NCBI GenBank assembly: GCA_902571525.1 | Contig: CACGCL010000004.1 | Coordinates: 6,039-70,038, forward strand | DNA from: an uncultured Pelagibacteraceae bacterium | GTDB lineage: Bacteria; Pseudomonadota; Alphaproteobacteria; Pelagibacterales; Pelagibacteraceae | Direction: 5' to 3' | DNA length: 64,000 bases | In this document: piece after piece, positions 1 to 13,521 of the stretch | Layout of the letters: every line of letters begins with the position of its first letter | How positions within the stretch are numbered: position 1 is the stretch's first letter | The notes under the pieces: generated by a model | Told to the model about the DNA's origin: nothing | Seen by the model: the letters and a program-made list of their open reading frames with translations, nothing else | The model's database searches: none | Translations under genes and position numbers: made by a program

Positions 1-311
1 CTTGGTCTTAAGGTAATATTCCTAAGATATGCAGCAAAACCACAAATTAATAAATATGTCAAACTGCTGATACCTATTGGCAACCCAATTACGACATCAT
101 TAATAAGTCCAGCAATAAAAACTAGCACATAATTTAAGCTACCTTCACCTTTTAAACTCCAATAAAATATTAGTATATATGGAAAATTAAATGAGAAATA
201 TTTGAAATTTAAATAATTAAAATCAAACTCATTTAAAACTGAGATATAAAGTAATAATATTGGGCCTAATGATAAAATTTTTTTTGAAATAGGTAATTTT
301 GAAAAAGCCAT
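1..311 (-). CDS. mreD: Rod shape-determining protein MreD (partial, runs off window start)
   Basis: ATG at 311 read by hand: MAFSKLPISKKILSLGPILLL...FIAGLINDVVIGLPIGISSL; hydrophobic; lies directly after mreC. Confidence 0.85.
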   Translation of the reverse strand, partial: MAFSKLPISKKILSLGPILLLYISVLNEFDFNYLNFKYFSFNFPYILIFYWSLKGEGSLNYVLVFIAGLINDVVIGLPIGISSLTYLLICGFAAYLRNITLRP

Positions 312-315
312 AAAT

Positions 316-1164
316 TTAGTCTAGATTTTCATATAAAACTATTTTTACTAACCTTAACTGTGAGAAATTTGAATGGAATAAAACATAGCTCTCATTGTTA
401 TCATCTATCAAATTTATTTTGCCAATTGGTATTCCTGATTTAAATATTCCACCTGAGCCAGAAGAGTAAATTTGATCACCTTTCTCAAAATTAACTTTAT
501 CTACTTGTGTATATTGCAGTTTGCCCAAGTTTTGACCAGTACCTGTCAAAATTGATTGTATGCTATTGGGTTCGATTGAAACTGGTATTTTGCTATTTAG
601 ATCAGATAATAATAATACTCTTGAGGTTCGATAATTAACCTCTACGACTTTACCGATTAAAAATTCTCCATCTAAAACTGCCATTCCCAATTTAACTTTG
701 TCTTTACTGCCTCTATTAACAATTACAGACTTCAAAAATGGGCTTTGTTTATCTACTAATACTTTGGCTAAAATTTCTGAAGAAACATCAACGATGTCCT
801 CTATTTTAGACTTCAGTAACCTATTTTCAGAAATTATAAAATCATTGTTAAAGCTTTCAGCTTGCAAAGCATTAAAATCCTTTTTAAGTTTTTTGTGATC
901 ATTATATAAATTTATATGAGATAAAGTTAAATAGTAAGTATTCTTTATAAAATTTTCTGGGACGGAAATTATAAATGTAGCACGGTAAACAAATTCATTT
1001 AGTCCCAATTTTAAAATATTTATACCTTTAAAATTATACTTCCCTAAAATTAAAATTATTACAGAGACAGATAATAAAACCAGGAGCGAAAATCTCTGCT
1101 TAGTTCCTTTTTTTAAAAAGGCAGATCTGATTGCAATTATGAAATCATCTCTGTTAGTTTCCAT
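316..1164 (-). CDS. mreC: Rod shape-determining protein MreC
   Basis: N-terminal TM helix, coiled coil, NRGSKD..GMAV, SGSGGIF motifs; follows mreB. Confidence 0.95.
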   Translation of the reverse strand: METNRDDFIIAIRSAFLKKGTKQRFSLLVLLSVSVIILILGKYNFKGINILKLGLNEFVYRATFIISVPENFIKNTYYLTLSHINLYNDHKKLKKDFNALQAESFNNDFIISENRLLKSKIEDIVDVSSEILAKVLVDKQSPFLKSVIVNRGSKDKVKLGMAVLDGEFLIGKVVEVNYRTSRVLLLSDLNSKIPVSIEPNSIQSILTGTGQNLGKLQYTQVDKVNFEKGDQIYSSGSGGIFKSGIPIGKINLIDDNNESYVLFHSNFSQLRLVKIVLYENLD

Positions 1165-1173
1165 TTTATTATC

Positions 1174-3784
<2,611 letters not shown>

Positions 3785-3855
3785 AAATTTACGTAGCGAA
3801 TATACAACCTATCGGTTAGATTGCAAAATAAAAGTGAATTTTTTTAAAATTGGCT

Positions 3856-5208
3856 TTATTTTCTAATCGTACAATTTTTGTTTTCCAAAGATTTTATAAT
3901 ACTATCAATTAATTCTTTCCCCTCAACTACTCTACCCCACCCTATTCGATAGTTTTGTTCTTCAAAGATATTATTGAACTCCCAAATTACTTGTTCATCT
4001 TTTGTCAAATATATTACTCTACCATAATCAGTTTCTTCAACTAATAAAGATTTGTCATTTAATCTATCTGATAATCCTGCAGTAGGAGTATTAATATTCA
4101 GTTTTTTAAATACATTTTCATACTTATTATAAAAATCTTTAGTCTCGAAATTATAAATCAATAACTCGTTATTTTTTGTATTAGACTCACCTGAGGAATT
4201 TGAAAAATTATTATTATTAAAAACGGATATTTCTTTTTCTGAAAAAAAATCTATATCATGTTGATGTCCCATTGGGCCATATATCACATTTATAATTTTA
4301 TTATTTTTAGGTCTGTAGTGAATTATCATAGACCTATGTCTTAAACTCAAAAATAAGTCATCTTTTTTCCAAAATTTTGTATCGTTATTTGCAATTTCTA
4401 TATCATTAAGATGCGTAGGGTCATTGAACAACTTTCTATCAATCCCGAAAATCAATCCCTGTAAATTATTTTCTTGGAAAATTGAAATTAATGATTTGTT
4501 GAATAACATCTTGCCCTCTGGTGAAAATTTTGCTATCCCATCCTCCATAAAATCCTTATCATCTTTTAATATATTTTTATCAATCGTCTTGTCATGTAAA
4601 TGTGATGGAGACCAAATATTTCCCTCATTATCGAAGCTATTTGAGTGATGCACAGTTATTTCATTATTAACCCAAACTAATTTATTACAAAGATTTAATT
4701 TAAATAGTGACCCTCCTCCTTTGGCAATCATACTTCCGTCATTTAAAATTAAAGGGTGATCTATTTGAAATCTTTCACCAAAAAGATTTTCTTTTTTAAA
4801 ATTTAATCTATTTTCAGAGTTCTTTAAATTATTAAAAATAATATTTTGATCGACATAATAAGTATGAAGTAAATCGAAGTTTCTTATTTTCCTTAATTCA
4901 ACAATACTTTCTTTAATTGAGGCATCATATCGAGAAATTAGATATAAAGCATCGTTGTTGTATTTATTTAAAATTTTATTAACTAATTTTTTTGAATTAG
5001 AATTTGAAGAAGTTCTTTGTGGATCAATATTTTCAGTGTTTAATAACCAGGATATTCTGGCAGGTAATCTTGAAATTTCTAATGCAGTTAATGAAATTAA
5101 TCCTAATTTTCTATTTCCCTCTAATTCCTGTCTTACCAATACTCCAAAAGAAAATGTAATGGCCAATATAAGCAATAACACCAACCACAATTCTATTTTT
5201 TTGAACAT
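3856..5208 (-). CDS. Membrane-anchored arylsulfotransferase (ASST-like beta-propeller)
   Basis: N-terminal TM helix; VHHS, DPTHLNDI, LSLRHRS, HQHD motifs typical of ASST-like proteins. Confidence 0.75.
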   Translation of the reverse strand: MFKKIELWLVLLLILAITFSFGVLVRQELEGNRKLGLISLTALEISRLPARISWLLNTENIDPQRTSSNSNSKKLVNKILNKYNNDALYLISRYDASIKESIVELRKIRNFDLLHTYYVDQNIIFNNLKNSENRLNFKKENLFGERFQIDHPLILNDGSMIAKGGGSLFKLNLCNKLVWVNNEITVHHSNSFDNEGNIWSPSHLHDKTIDKNILKDDKDFMEDGIAKFSPEGKMLFNKSLISIFQENNLQGLIFGIDRKLFNDPTHLNDIEIANNDTKFWKKDDLFLSLRHRSMIIHYRPKNNKIINVIYGPMGHQHDIDFFSEKEISVFNNNNFSNSSGESNTKNNELLIYNFETKDFYNKYENVFKKLNINTPTAGLSDRLNDKSLLVEETDYGRVIYLTKDEQVIWEFNNIFEEQNYRIGWGRVVEGKELIDSIIKSLENKNCTIRK

Positions 5209-5211
5209 TTT

Positions 5212-6162
5212 TTAACTTTTTTTTAATTTGATATAAACTTCATTACATTTATTTAGTAATTGAGAATTTGCAACTTTTATTTCGTGCACCCTTTTATCAT
5301 TAGCAATAAATTCCTGATCATCAATCGATAATTCAAAATTTATCTTTTTCCTATATTCTGCTTTCTCACAAAAATCTTCATAACAGACCATTATCAAATT
5401 TTTTAAATGTTTATTTTTATCTAAAATATTATGATAAAACAAATTCCATTGCTCCAACCAATAATTAATGTGTTGGATATCATCAAACATTTTTGGAGAA
5501 AACCAAGGTTTATGGTTTAATCCAAATTCATAATGCCCTAAATAGTTTGTATATCTCAAAGTAAAATTATCTTTCTTTTGCTCAAAACAAAAATTTTCAT
5601 GTTGTTTCATCATAGATATCGCATGTGATAATGGATCTCTGAAAGGAATAACAAACTTTGAATTAGGAAAAATTTTATCTAAATCATCTAATCTTTGAAA
5701 ATTATAATTGTTTTTTGATAAATACCTTTTATTTCCATATTTGGTTATTATTAAATTTATGTAATCAACTATTTTTTCTTGCCAATTATCTTTGAATGTA
5801 GCAAAAAATACTTCTTCAAATGCTTCTGGACTATTTAGGTCATAAAAAACTGCATCGTTGTGCATTCTTGTGATCTTATTAATATTTTTTTTTTTGGAAA
5901 TTTTAGAATAAAAATTTGGAGACATAACAAAAGGCATATCTAAATATTTTAAAGAGGAAAATTTTTCTGATTTGTAAATATATTCTAATAGCATTGTGGT
6001 ACCAGATCTAGGCAATCCAGTTATAAATATGTGTGGATTTTTATTTATTTTTTCTTGTTTGTTAAGAAAAAATAAAATTTCAAGCTCGTATAGAGATTTT
6101 TTAATAAGTTTATTTCCCAAACAAATATCATGAAGTTTTTTTTCAAAATAATTATATTTCAT
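5212..6162 (-). CDS. PAPS-dependent sulfotransferase family protein
   Basis: 5'-PSB motif FITGLPRSGTTML; 3'-PB motif RDPLSHAIS; VCYEDF. Confidence 0.85.
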   Translation of the reverse strand: MKYNYFEKKLHDICLGNKLIKKSLYELEILFFLNKQEKINKNPHIFITGLPRSGTTMLLEYIYKSEKFSSLKYLDMPFVMSPNFYSKISKKKNINKITRMHNDAVFYDLNSPEAFEEVFFATFKDNWQEKIVDYINLIITKYGNKRYLSKNNYNFQRLDDLDKIFPNSKFVIPFRDPLSHAISMMKQHENFCFEQKKDNFTLRYTNYLGHYEFGLNHKPWFSPKMFDDIQHINYWLEQWNLFYHNILDKNKHLKNLIMVCYEDFCEKAEYRKKINFELSIDDQEFIANDKRVHEIKVANSQLLNKCNEVYIKLKKS

Positions 6163-6513
6163 TTTTTATAAAATCTAATTTTGATATAAATTATCGATAT
6201 TATTATTGTTAATAAAATTATCTTCAAATTCAAAAAAAATTCCATAAAATCATCTTTTAAATAATCAGTTAAGTATAATATGGCCAAAAAAATAATTATG
6301 AATGTAATTATTTGTAAAGAATATTTTAATGTTTCAAATGAGTGTTTTCTTAAATGTTTCTCTTTATAGTCGTCAGAAAAATCTTTGGAGAATACTATTT
6401 TAAAAATCTCCTTGATTAATTTTTCCAAATCTGAAAAACAAAAATTTATTTTGAAAAAAAAAAAATAATTCAATTCCTATGATGGAAATAAATAAAATTA
6501 AAAATAAATTCAT
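6159..6513 (-). pseudogene. Small multi-TM protein frameshifted in a T12 tract
   Basis: ATG at 6513 gives MNLFLILFISIIGIELFFFF. Removing one T from the 12-T run (6454-6465) joins it in frame to ORF 6159..6473. Confidence 0.6.
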
Positions 6514-6518
6514 AATTA

Positions 6519-6749
6519 TCAAACACTATTCTTATCATCTATGTTTTTTTCTTCATCATTTTTATTTTTTCTTTTTTTTAAAAATCTTTTTATTGGAAAC
6601 CATAATAATCCAAAAAATGCAGCAAATATAGCAACCAATATACCTATCATTGCAGCTAGTACCCCACCCCCCATTCCAGGACCAATGTAACCAAAAGCAA
6701 CATCAAAAGATAAGATAAAAAAAATAGATAAAAACAACAAAGTCTTCAT
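6519..6749 (-). CDS. Small membrane protein with signal-peptide-like N-terminus and YIGPG motif
   Basis: MKTLLFLSIFFILSFDVAFG-YIGPGMGGG, then a TM helix and a basic tail; ATG 6749 is 4 nt after the ilvC stop. Confidence 0.7.
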   Translation of the reverse strand: MKTLLFLSIFFILSFDVAFGYIGPGMGGGVLAAMIGILVAIFAAFFGLLWFPIKRFLKKRKNKNDEEKNIDDKNSV

Positions 6750-6753
6750 AAAT

Positions 6754-7788
<1,035 letters not shown>

Positions 7789-8337
7789 TTATTTGAAAAT
7801 TTCAGAACCTCTTGTCATAGCTACTGCACCAGTTCTTGATACACTCACTAATCCAAATTTTTTTAAATCTCCCATCATCGTATCTATTTCTCGTCTTAAT
7901 GCAGTTATTTGAAGAACAACTGATTTTTGAGTTTTGTCTAATACTACTGGATTAAATTTTTTGCAAATCTTTATTGCTCTATTTCTTTTTGAGGCATCAG
8001 CAACTATTTTTAATAATGCCATTTCTTTAAAAATAATTTTTTTGTCACCCCTCATGAAATCAGCTACTTTATGTACTGGCACTAATTTACCTAATTGTAA
8101 TTTTATTTGCTCTATTACTTGAGGTGTGCCTGTGGTTACAATTGTAATTCTTGATATTCCCTTCTTGAGATCTACTTCTGCAACTGCTAATGACTCTATA
8201 TTATACCCTCTTCCAGAGAATAGCCCTACCACTCTTGCCAACACACCTGCTTCATTGTCTACCCAAACTACTATTATATGAGTATCTAATTTACCTTTTT
8301 TGCCAGGATCACTATATGCTGATTTTGATTTAGCCAT
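7789..8337 (-). CDS. ilvH: Acetolactate synthase small subunit
   Basis: NEAGVLARVVGLFSGRGYNIESL ACT domain. Confidence 0.95.
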   Translation of the reverse strand: MAKSKSAYSDPGKKGKLDTHIIVVWVDNEAGVLARVVGLFSGRGYNIESLAVAEVDLKKGISRITIVTTGTPQVIEQIKLQLGKLVPVHKVADFMRGDKKIIFKEMALLKIVADASKRNRAIKICKKFNPVVLDKTQKSVVLQITALRREIDTMMGDLKKFGLVSVSRTGAVAMTRGSEIFK

Positions 8338-10103
8338 TAAACTAAAGTTTTTCCTTTTCCAGTAATTCTATTTTCTTTTTGATCATTAGGTCCCAACAAC
8401 ATTTGGTTATGAGGTTTGCCTGATGGAATCATAGGAAAACAATTCTCCTCTTTGTCGACCAAACAATCAAATATTACGGGTTTTTTTACATTAATCATTT
8501 CTTGAATTTTTTGATCTAACTCATCTGGTGTTTTAGCTCTAATTCCAACACATCCATAAGCCTCAGCAAGTTTTACAAAATCTGGAAGTGCTGCTGTATA
8601 ACTTTCAGAATAATTCTTTTCATGAAGTAATTCCTGCCATTGTCGAACCATTCCCATATATTCATTATTTAATATAAAAATTTTTATAGGTAAATTATAC
8701 TGAACAGCAGTCGACATCTCTTGCATAGTCATAAGCACAGAAGCTTCACCAGCAATATCAACTACTAATTTATCAGGATGAGCTATTTGCACTCCCACGG
8801 CTGCTGGTAATCCGTAACCCATTGTCCCTAGACCACCTGAGGTCATCCATCTATTTGGTTTGTTAAATTTATAATGTTGAGCTGCCCACATTTGATGTTG
8901 TCCAACCTCTGTTGTAATAAATGTATCTTTATTTTTTGTTAATTCGTAAAGTCTTTGTATTGCATATTGAGGCTTTATTGTTTTATCACTATTAATAAAG
9001 TTTAAAGAATTAACAGATCTCCATTTTGCAATTTGCTCCCACCATTTTGAGGTATTTTCATTATTAGATTTTAAAAAATTTGGTTTATTCTTTTTAATCG
9101 TTTTAATTAATGAAGATATAACATCTGAAACATCACCAACAATTGGTAAATCTACTTTTACGTTTTTATTTATTGATGAAGGGTCAATGTCTATATGAAC
9201 TTTTTTAGACTTAGGAGAAAACTCATCAATTTTTCCAGTTATTCTATCATCAAATCTTGCACCTATGTTAATCATAAGATCACAATCATGCATTGCATTA
9301 TTTGCTTCATACGTTCCATGCATACCCAGCATTCCTAAAAACTGATTATCGTCTCCTGGAAATGATCCTAAACCTTGAAGCGTGGAGGTTATTGGAAAAC
9401 CAGATATTGAAACTAGTTCTCTTAATTGTTGACTTGCTTTTGGGCCAGAATTAATTACACCACCACCTGTATAAAAAATGGGTTGTTTTGCTTTGCCCAT
9501 CATTTCAACTAGTTTTTCTATATCTTTTTGTGAGAATCTATTATTTGTTTTCCCATTAAGTTCTTTTTTTTTTTTTTTATTTGTATATTTTGTTTTTTGA
9601 AATTGAATATCTTTAGGGATGTCAACTAGAACTGGTCCTGGTCTACCAGTTGTTGCAACTTCAAAAGCTTTGTGAATTGTTTTTGCTAAATCCTTAACGT
9701 CTTTTACTAACCAATTATGTTTAGTGCACGGTCTTGTTATTCCTGTTGTATCACATTCTTGAAAAGCGTCTGTACCTATTAAATGTGTTGGAACTTGGCC
9801 TGAAATGCAAACTAATGGTATCGAGTCCATATAAGCATCTGTTAAAGCTGTTACTACATTTGTTGCGCCTGGGCCAGATGTAACTAAAACAACACCCGCT
9901 TTTCCACACGACCTTGCATAACCTTCTGCAGCATGTCCTGCTCCTTGTTCGTGTCTTGCTAATATATGTTTAATACTTTCATGATTTTTTAACTCATCAT
10001 AAATTGGTAATACAGCGCCACCAGGATAACCAAAAATAAATTCAACTTTTTGGTCTTCCATACATTTAAAAACTATTTCGGCACCTGTATATAATTTTGA
10101 CAT
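8337..10103 (-). CDS. ilvI: Acetolactate synthase large subunit
   Basis: FGYPGG, RHEQGA, TSGPGATN, GQHQMW, GMVRQWQ. Confidence 0.97.
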   Translation of the reverse strand: MSKLYTGAEIVFKCMEDQKVEFIFGYPGGAVLPIYDELKNHESIKHILARHEQGAGHAAEGYARSCGKAGVVLVTSGPGATNVVTALTDAYMDSIPLVCISGQVPTHLIGTDAFQECDTTGITRPCTKHNWLVKDVKDLAKTIHKAFEVATTGRPGPVLVDIPKDIQFQKTKYTNKKKKKELNGKTNNRFSQKDIEKLVEMMGKAKQPIFYTGGGVINSGPKASQQLRELVSISGFPITSTLQGLGSFPGDDNQFLGMLGMHGTYEANNAMHDCDLMINIGARFDDRITGKIDEFSPKSKKVHIDIDPSSINKNVKVDLPIVGDVSDVISSLIKTIKKNKPNFLKSNNENTSKWWEQIAKWRSVNSLNFINSDKTIKPQYAIQRLYELTKNKDTFITTEVGQHQMWAAQHYKFNKPNRWMTSGGLGTMGYGLPAAVGVQIAHPDKLVVDIAGEASVLMTMQEMSTAVQYNLPIKIFILNNEYMGMVRQWQELLHEKNYSESYTAALPDFVKLAEAYGCVGIRAKTPDELDQKIQEMINVKKPVIFDCLVDKEENCFPMIPSGKPHNQMLLGPNDQKENRITGKGKTLV

Positions 10104-10141
10104 TTTACCAATCTAGCTGAAGTTGTACTGATTGGTCAAGG

Positions 10142-11053
10142 TTAACTAATCTTTTTTAGAAAAGAATTTAGGTTGTTTGGTGCAATCCTGCGCCAGTCTT
10201 TCATATGACCTCTTGACCAAGTCATCTGCCTTTTAGCATATTGCCTTGTTTTTATAGTAATTTTTTCCTTAATAAGACTTAAATTCGTCTTATCAGGTTT
10301 CAATTCGTTTATTTCTCTAATTCCAATTATTTTAAATGAGCTATTCGCTTTTTTTACTTTTAATTTGTTAAACCTCTTTACTTCTTGAATAGCTCCTACT
10401 TTGATCATTTTTTCTACTCTATTTGACAGATTTTTAACAACCTCATCTCTTGAAATATCAATAAATATTTTCTCAAATTCCTTATTTTGAAAATGAATTT
10501 TTGTATTCTTAAACCAATTATTTAAAGATTTATTTGTTTGAATATAAACTTCATAAGCTCTAATAGATCTATTTTGATCATTGATATTGATATTATTTTT
10601 ACACAAAGGGTCTAATTTTATTAATCTTTTGTAAAAATTTTTTTGACCAATTTTTTTTTGTAACTTTCTTACTTTATCTCTATTTCTCTGACTTATTTTG
10701 GGTATTTTTACTAAACCATCAACTAAAGATTTAAAGTAAAGCCCCGTGCCACCAACAATTATCGGTACTTTTTTTCTTTTCTTTATTTCTGAAATTTTTT
10801 TAAGGCTTTTTTTTAACCATTCACCTACTGAAAAATTTTTTTTAACACTAAGAAAACCGTATAAATGATGTTTAATATTTGATTTATCTTTTAAAGTTGG
10901 CCTGGCATTTAAAATTTTGATTTCTTTAAATATTTGCATACTGTCGGCATTAATAATTTCACCATCAATTTTTTTAGCAAGCTTAATTGCAAATTTAGAT
11001 TTACCTGAGGCCGTAGGTCCTGAAATTAAAACTATTTTGGACTTGATGTCCAT
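10142..11053 (-). CDS. miaA: tRNA dimethylallyltransferase
   Basis: GPTASGKS, DSMQ, VGGTGLY, YAKRQ.TW. Confidence 0.97.
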   Translation of the reverse strand: MDIKSKIVLISGPTASGKSKFAIKLAKKIDGEIINADSMQIFKEIKILNARPTLKDKSNIKHHLYGFLSVKKNFSVGEWLKKSLKKISEIKKRKKVPIIVGGTGLYFKSLVDGLVKIPKISQRNRDKVRKLQKKIGQKNFYKRLIKLDPLCKNNININDQNRSIRAYEVYIQTNKSLNNWFKNTKIHFQNKEFEKIFIDISRDEVVKNLSNRVEKMIKVGAIQEVKRFNKLKVKKANSSFKIIGIREINELKPDKTNLSLIKEKITIKTRQYAKRQMTWSRGHMKDWRRIAPNNLNSFLKKIS

Positions 11054-11054
11054 A

Positions 11055-12461
11055 TTAATCCAATTTTACACCAATATATCTTTTTTGATTTTGATTATTA
11101 AATATCGCAATTAGTATGGTTTTATTTTGTGATTTTAATGCTGAGTTGACTAAGTTATTTAGTTGATTTGCAGACCTAATTTTTCTTTTACCTGCTTCGA
11201 CGATTATGTCGTTTACTTTCAGATAGTTTATTGGACTATCAGGTTCTATTTTGGTAATAACTAAACCTGCTACATTTGGTGGTAGTTGTCTTTGAATTAT
11301 ATCTTCTTTTGTTGTTGGTCTGACCTCAATTTTTAAAGCATTTATAACCTCAACTTTTGGAATATTTGGAGTTTCTGCTTTAAAATCTTCCGAAGTTTCA
11401 AGTCTACCAAGAGTAATAGTTTTTGTTATTTCTTTTTTATTTCTCCATACTTTTAATTTAACAACTTTACCAACTTTTGTTTGAGCAACAATTAGTGGCA
11501 ACTCCTGCATTTCATTAATTTTTTTTCCGTCAAATTCTAAGATTATATCCCCATCTTTAATTCCTCCTTTATCTGAAGGACTACCCGGAGCAACACTCGC
11601 AACTAATGCACCTCTTGCTATTCCTAATTTCTCAATTTCTGCAATTTCTTTAGTAACGTTTTGTATTCTAACACCTAACCATCCTCTTTTAGTCTCACCA
11701 AACTCAATTAGTTGATCTATAACTTTTTTTGCACTATTTGATGGGATTGCAAAACCAATACCTATCGATCCTTGTTGACCAAGTATTGCTGTATTTATTC
11801 CTATTACATCTCCATCCATATTAAATAAAGGTCCACCTGAGTTTCCTGTATTAATCGATGCATCTGTTTGAATAAAATCTTCGTATCTGGATAAACCTAT
11901 ATTTCTATTTCTAGCCGAAATTATTCCTGAGGTAACTGTACCTCCTAATCCAAAGGGATTTCCAATCGCAATAACCCAATCACCTATTCGTGATTTATCA
12001 GAATCTGCAAACCTAACTGGTTTAAATTTATCATCAGATTTTATTTTTAATACCGCAACATCTGACAACGGGTCAGCTCCAATTATTTCTGCTTTATATT
12101 CTTTGTCATTACTAAACCTAACAACTATATCTTCAGCACCTTTTATTACATGATTATTTGTTATAACTGTTCCATTGCTATCTATTACAAAACCAGAACC
12201 TAAGGCGCTCGCTTTTCTTTTCTGTGGTGACCCAAATTCTTTAAACATATCTCCAAAAGGGGATCCTGGGGGAAACTCAAATGGAAAAGGGTTAGTATTT
12301 TGAACTACAGTTGTTGTGGTGGAAATGTTTACGACTGATGGCATTAACTTCTCTGCTAGGTCAGCAAATGAACCTGGTCTATCTTGTGAATTTGTTGGTA
12401 AAATTGTTGCTATTGAAAACAACAATATTAAAGTAAAATATTTTTTCAAAATTACTCTCAT
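11055..12461 (-). CDS. degP: Do/DegP family serine endoprotease with 2 PDZ domains
   Basis: TNNHVI, QTDASINTGNSGGPL; likely start ATG 12461 overlaps the upstream stop (ATGA). Confidence 0.92.
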   Translation of the reverse strand: MRVILKKYFTLILLFSIATILPTNSQDRPGSFADLAEKLMPSVVNISTTTTVVQNTNPFPFEFPPGSPFGDMFKEFGSPQKRKASALGSGFVIDSNGTVITNNHVIKGAEDIVVRFSNDKEYKAEIIGADPLSDVAVLKIKSDDKFKPVRFADSDKSRIGDWVIAIGNPFGLGGTVTSGIISARNRNIGLSRYEDFIQTDASINTGNSGGPLFNMDGDVIGINTAILGQQGSIGIGFAIPSNSAKKVIDQLIEFGETKRGWLGVRIQNVTKEIAEIEKLGIARGALVASVAPGSPSDKGGIKDGDIILEFDGKKINEMQELPLIVAQTKVGKVVKLKVWRNKKEITKTITLGRLETSEDFKAETPNIPKVEVINALKIEVRPTTKEDIIQRQLPPNVAGLVITKIEPDSPINYLKVNDIIVEAGKRKIRSANQLNNLVNSALKSQNKTILIAIFNNQNQKRYIGVKLD

Positions 12462-12646
12462 AAAACTTTCATATACCAAATGATTAAAAAGCCAAATAAT
12501 GCAAATAAAAATCCTCCAAACCTTAATTGGGCATCATTTATTAACTTTAATTTTTCTAACATATTTCTCATTTTTGAGGGAAATAAGGCGTACAAAGCAC
12601 CCTCTATAAATAAGAATAGTCCAAAAGCGACTATTATTTCTCTCAT
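12458..12646 (-). CDS. DUF2065 (YjeT-like) small membrane protein
   Basis: GLFLFIEG..ALFP, LRFGG; usual position after hflC. Confidence 0.85.
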   Translation of the reverse strand: MREIIVAFGLFLFIEGALYALFPSKMRNMLEKLKLINDAQLRFGGFLFALFGFLIIWYMKVL

Positions 12647-12650
12647 ACTC

Positions 12651-13520
12651 TTACTGATTTGATTGTTTCGCTTTTATGTCTCCAAAGAACTTAAAAAATT
12701 CACTATCTGGTGAAAGTATAAGTGAGGTCTCGCCGCCTATTAGCGCTTTCTCGTATGCTTGCATTGCTCTATAAAAAGCGAAGAACTGTGGATCTTGTCC
12801 AAAAGCATCTGCAAATATTTTGTTTCTTTTTCCATCTCCTTCACCCTTCATGATTTGAGATTTCTTTTCAGCATCAGCAAGAATTACAGTAACTTCTTTA
12901 TCTGCAGTTGATGTAATAGTAACTGCCATTTCTGCTCCTTTAGCTCTGAACTCTTTTGCTTCTCTTTCCCTTTCAGTCTGCATTCTTCTATAAATTGCAT
13001 CACTGTTTGCTTGTGGTAAATCAGCTCTTTTAATTCTTACGTCTACTATTTTAATCCCAAAATTTTCAGCTTCATTATTTACGCCTTCTTGAATTAGTGA
13101 CATTTGTTTTGTTCTATCCTGAGATAATAAAGTTTGTAATTCTTGTTGACCTAAAACGTTTCTTATTCTTGAATTGATAATTGTGGAAAGTCTTGATCTA
13201 GCAACTCTTTCATTGCCAACTGAAATGTAAAATTTTAATGGGTCGATAATTTGAAATCTCGCAAAAGCATCAACTATCAAACGTTTTTGATCTGAGGCAA
13301 TTACCTCTTCTGGCGGTGTATCTAAATTTAATATTCTTTTATCTAGATAAACTACGTTTTGAATAAAAGGTAATTTAAAATTTATACCAGGTTTTAAAAT
13401 TATTTTTTTAGGATCACCAAACTGTAATACAATGGCTTGATTAATTTCTTTAACAATAAAGATTGAAAAAAAGGCTGTAACTGCTATTACAAGTATTATT
13501 GGTATTGCAAATTTTTTCAT
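12651..13520 (-). CDS. hflC: FtsH modulator HflC
   Basis: SPFH domain, RMQTEREREA, FYRAMQAY. Confidence 0.95.
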   Translation of the reverse strand: MKKFAIPIILVIAVTAFFSIFIVKEINQAIVLQFGDPKKIILKPGINFKLPFIQNVVYLDKRILNLDTPPEEVIASDQKRLIVDAFARFQIIDPLKFYISVGNERVARSRLSTIINSRIRNVLGQQELQTLLSQDRTKQMSLIQEGVNNEAENFGIKIVDVRIKRADLPQANSDAIYRRMQTEREREAKEFRAKGAEMAVTITSTADKEVTVILADAEKKSQIMKGEGDGKRNKIFADAFGQDPQFFAFYRAMQAYEKALIGGETSLILSPDSEFFKFFGDIKAKQSNQ

Positions 13521-13521
13521 A

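Noticed and set aside
3785-3855. Possible relic ilvC 3' end after the sulfation cassette, by analogy with thyX
   Set aside because: No similarity to the ilvC tail seen; it looks like the leuA upstream region.
9564-9578. 15-nt A tract in ilvI as a phase-variation site
   Set aside because: In frame (KKKKK) in a linker of an intact housekeeping gene; long A/T runs are common at this composition.
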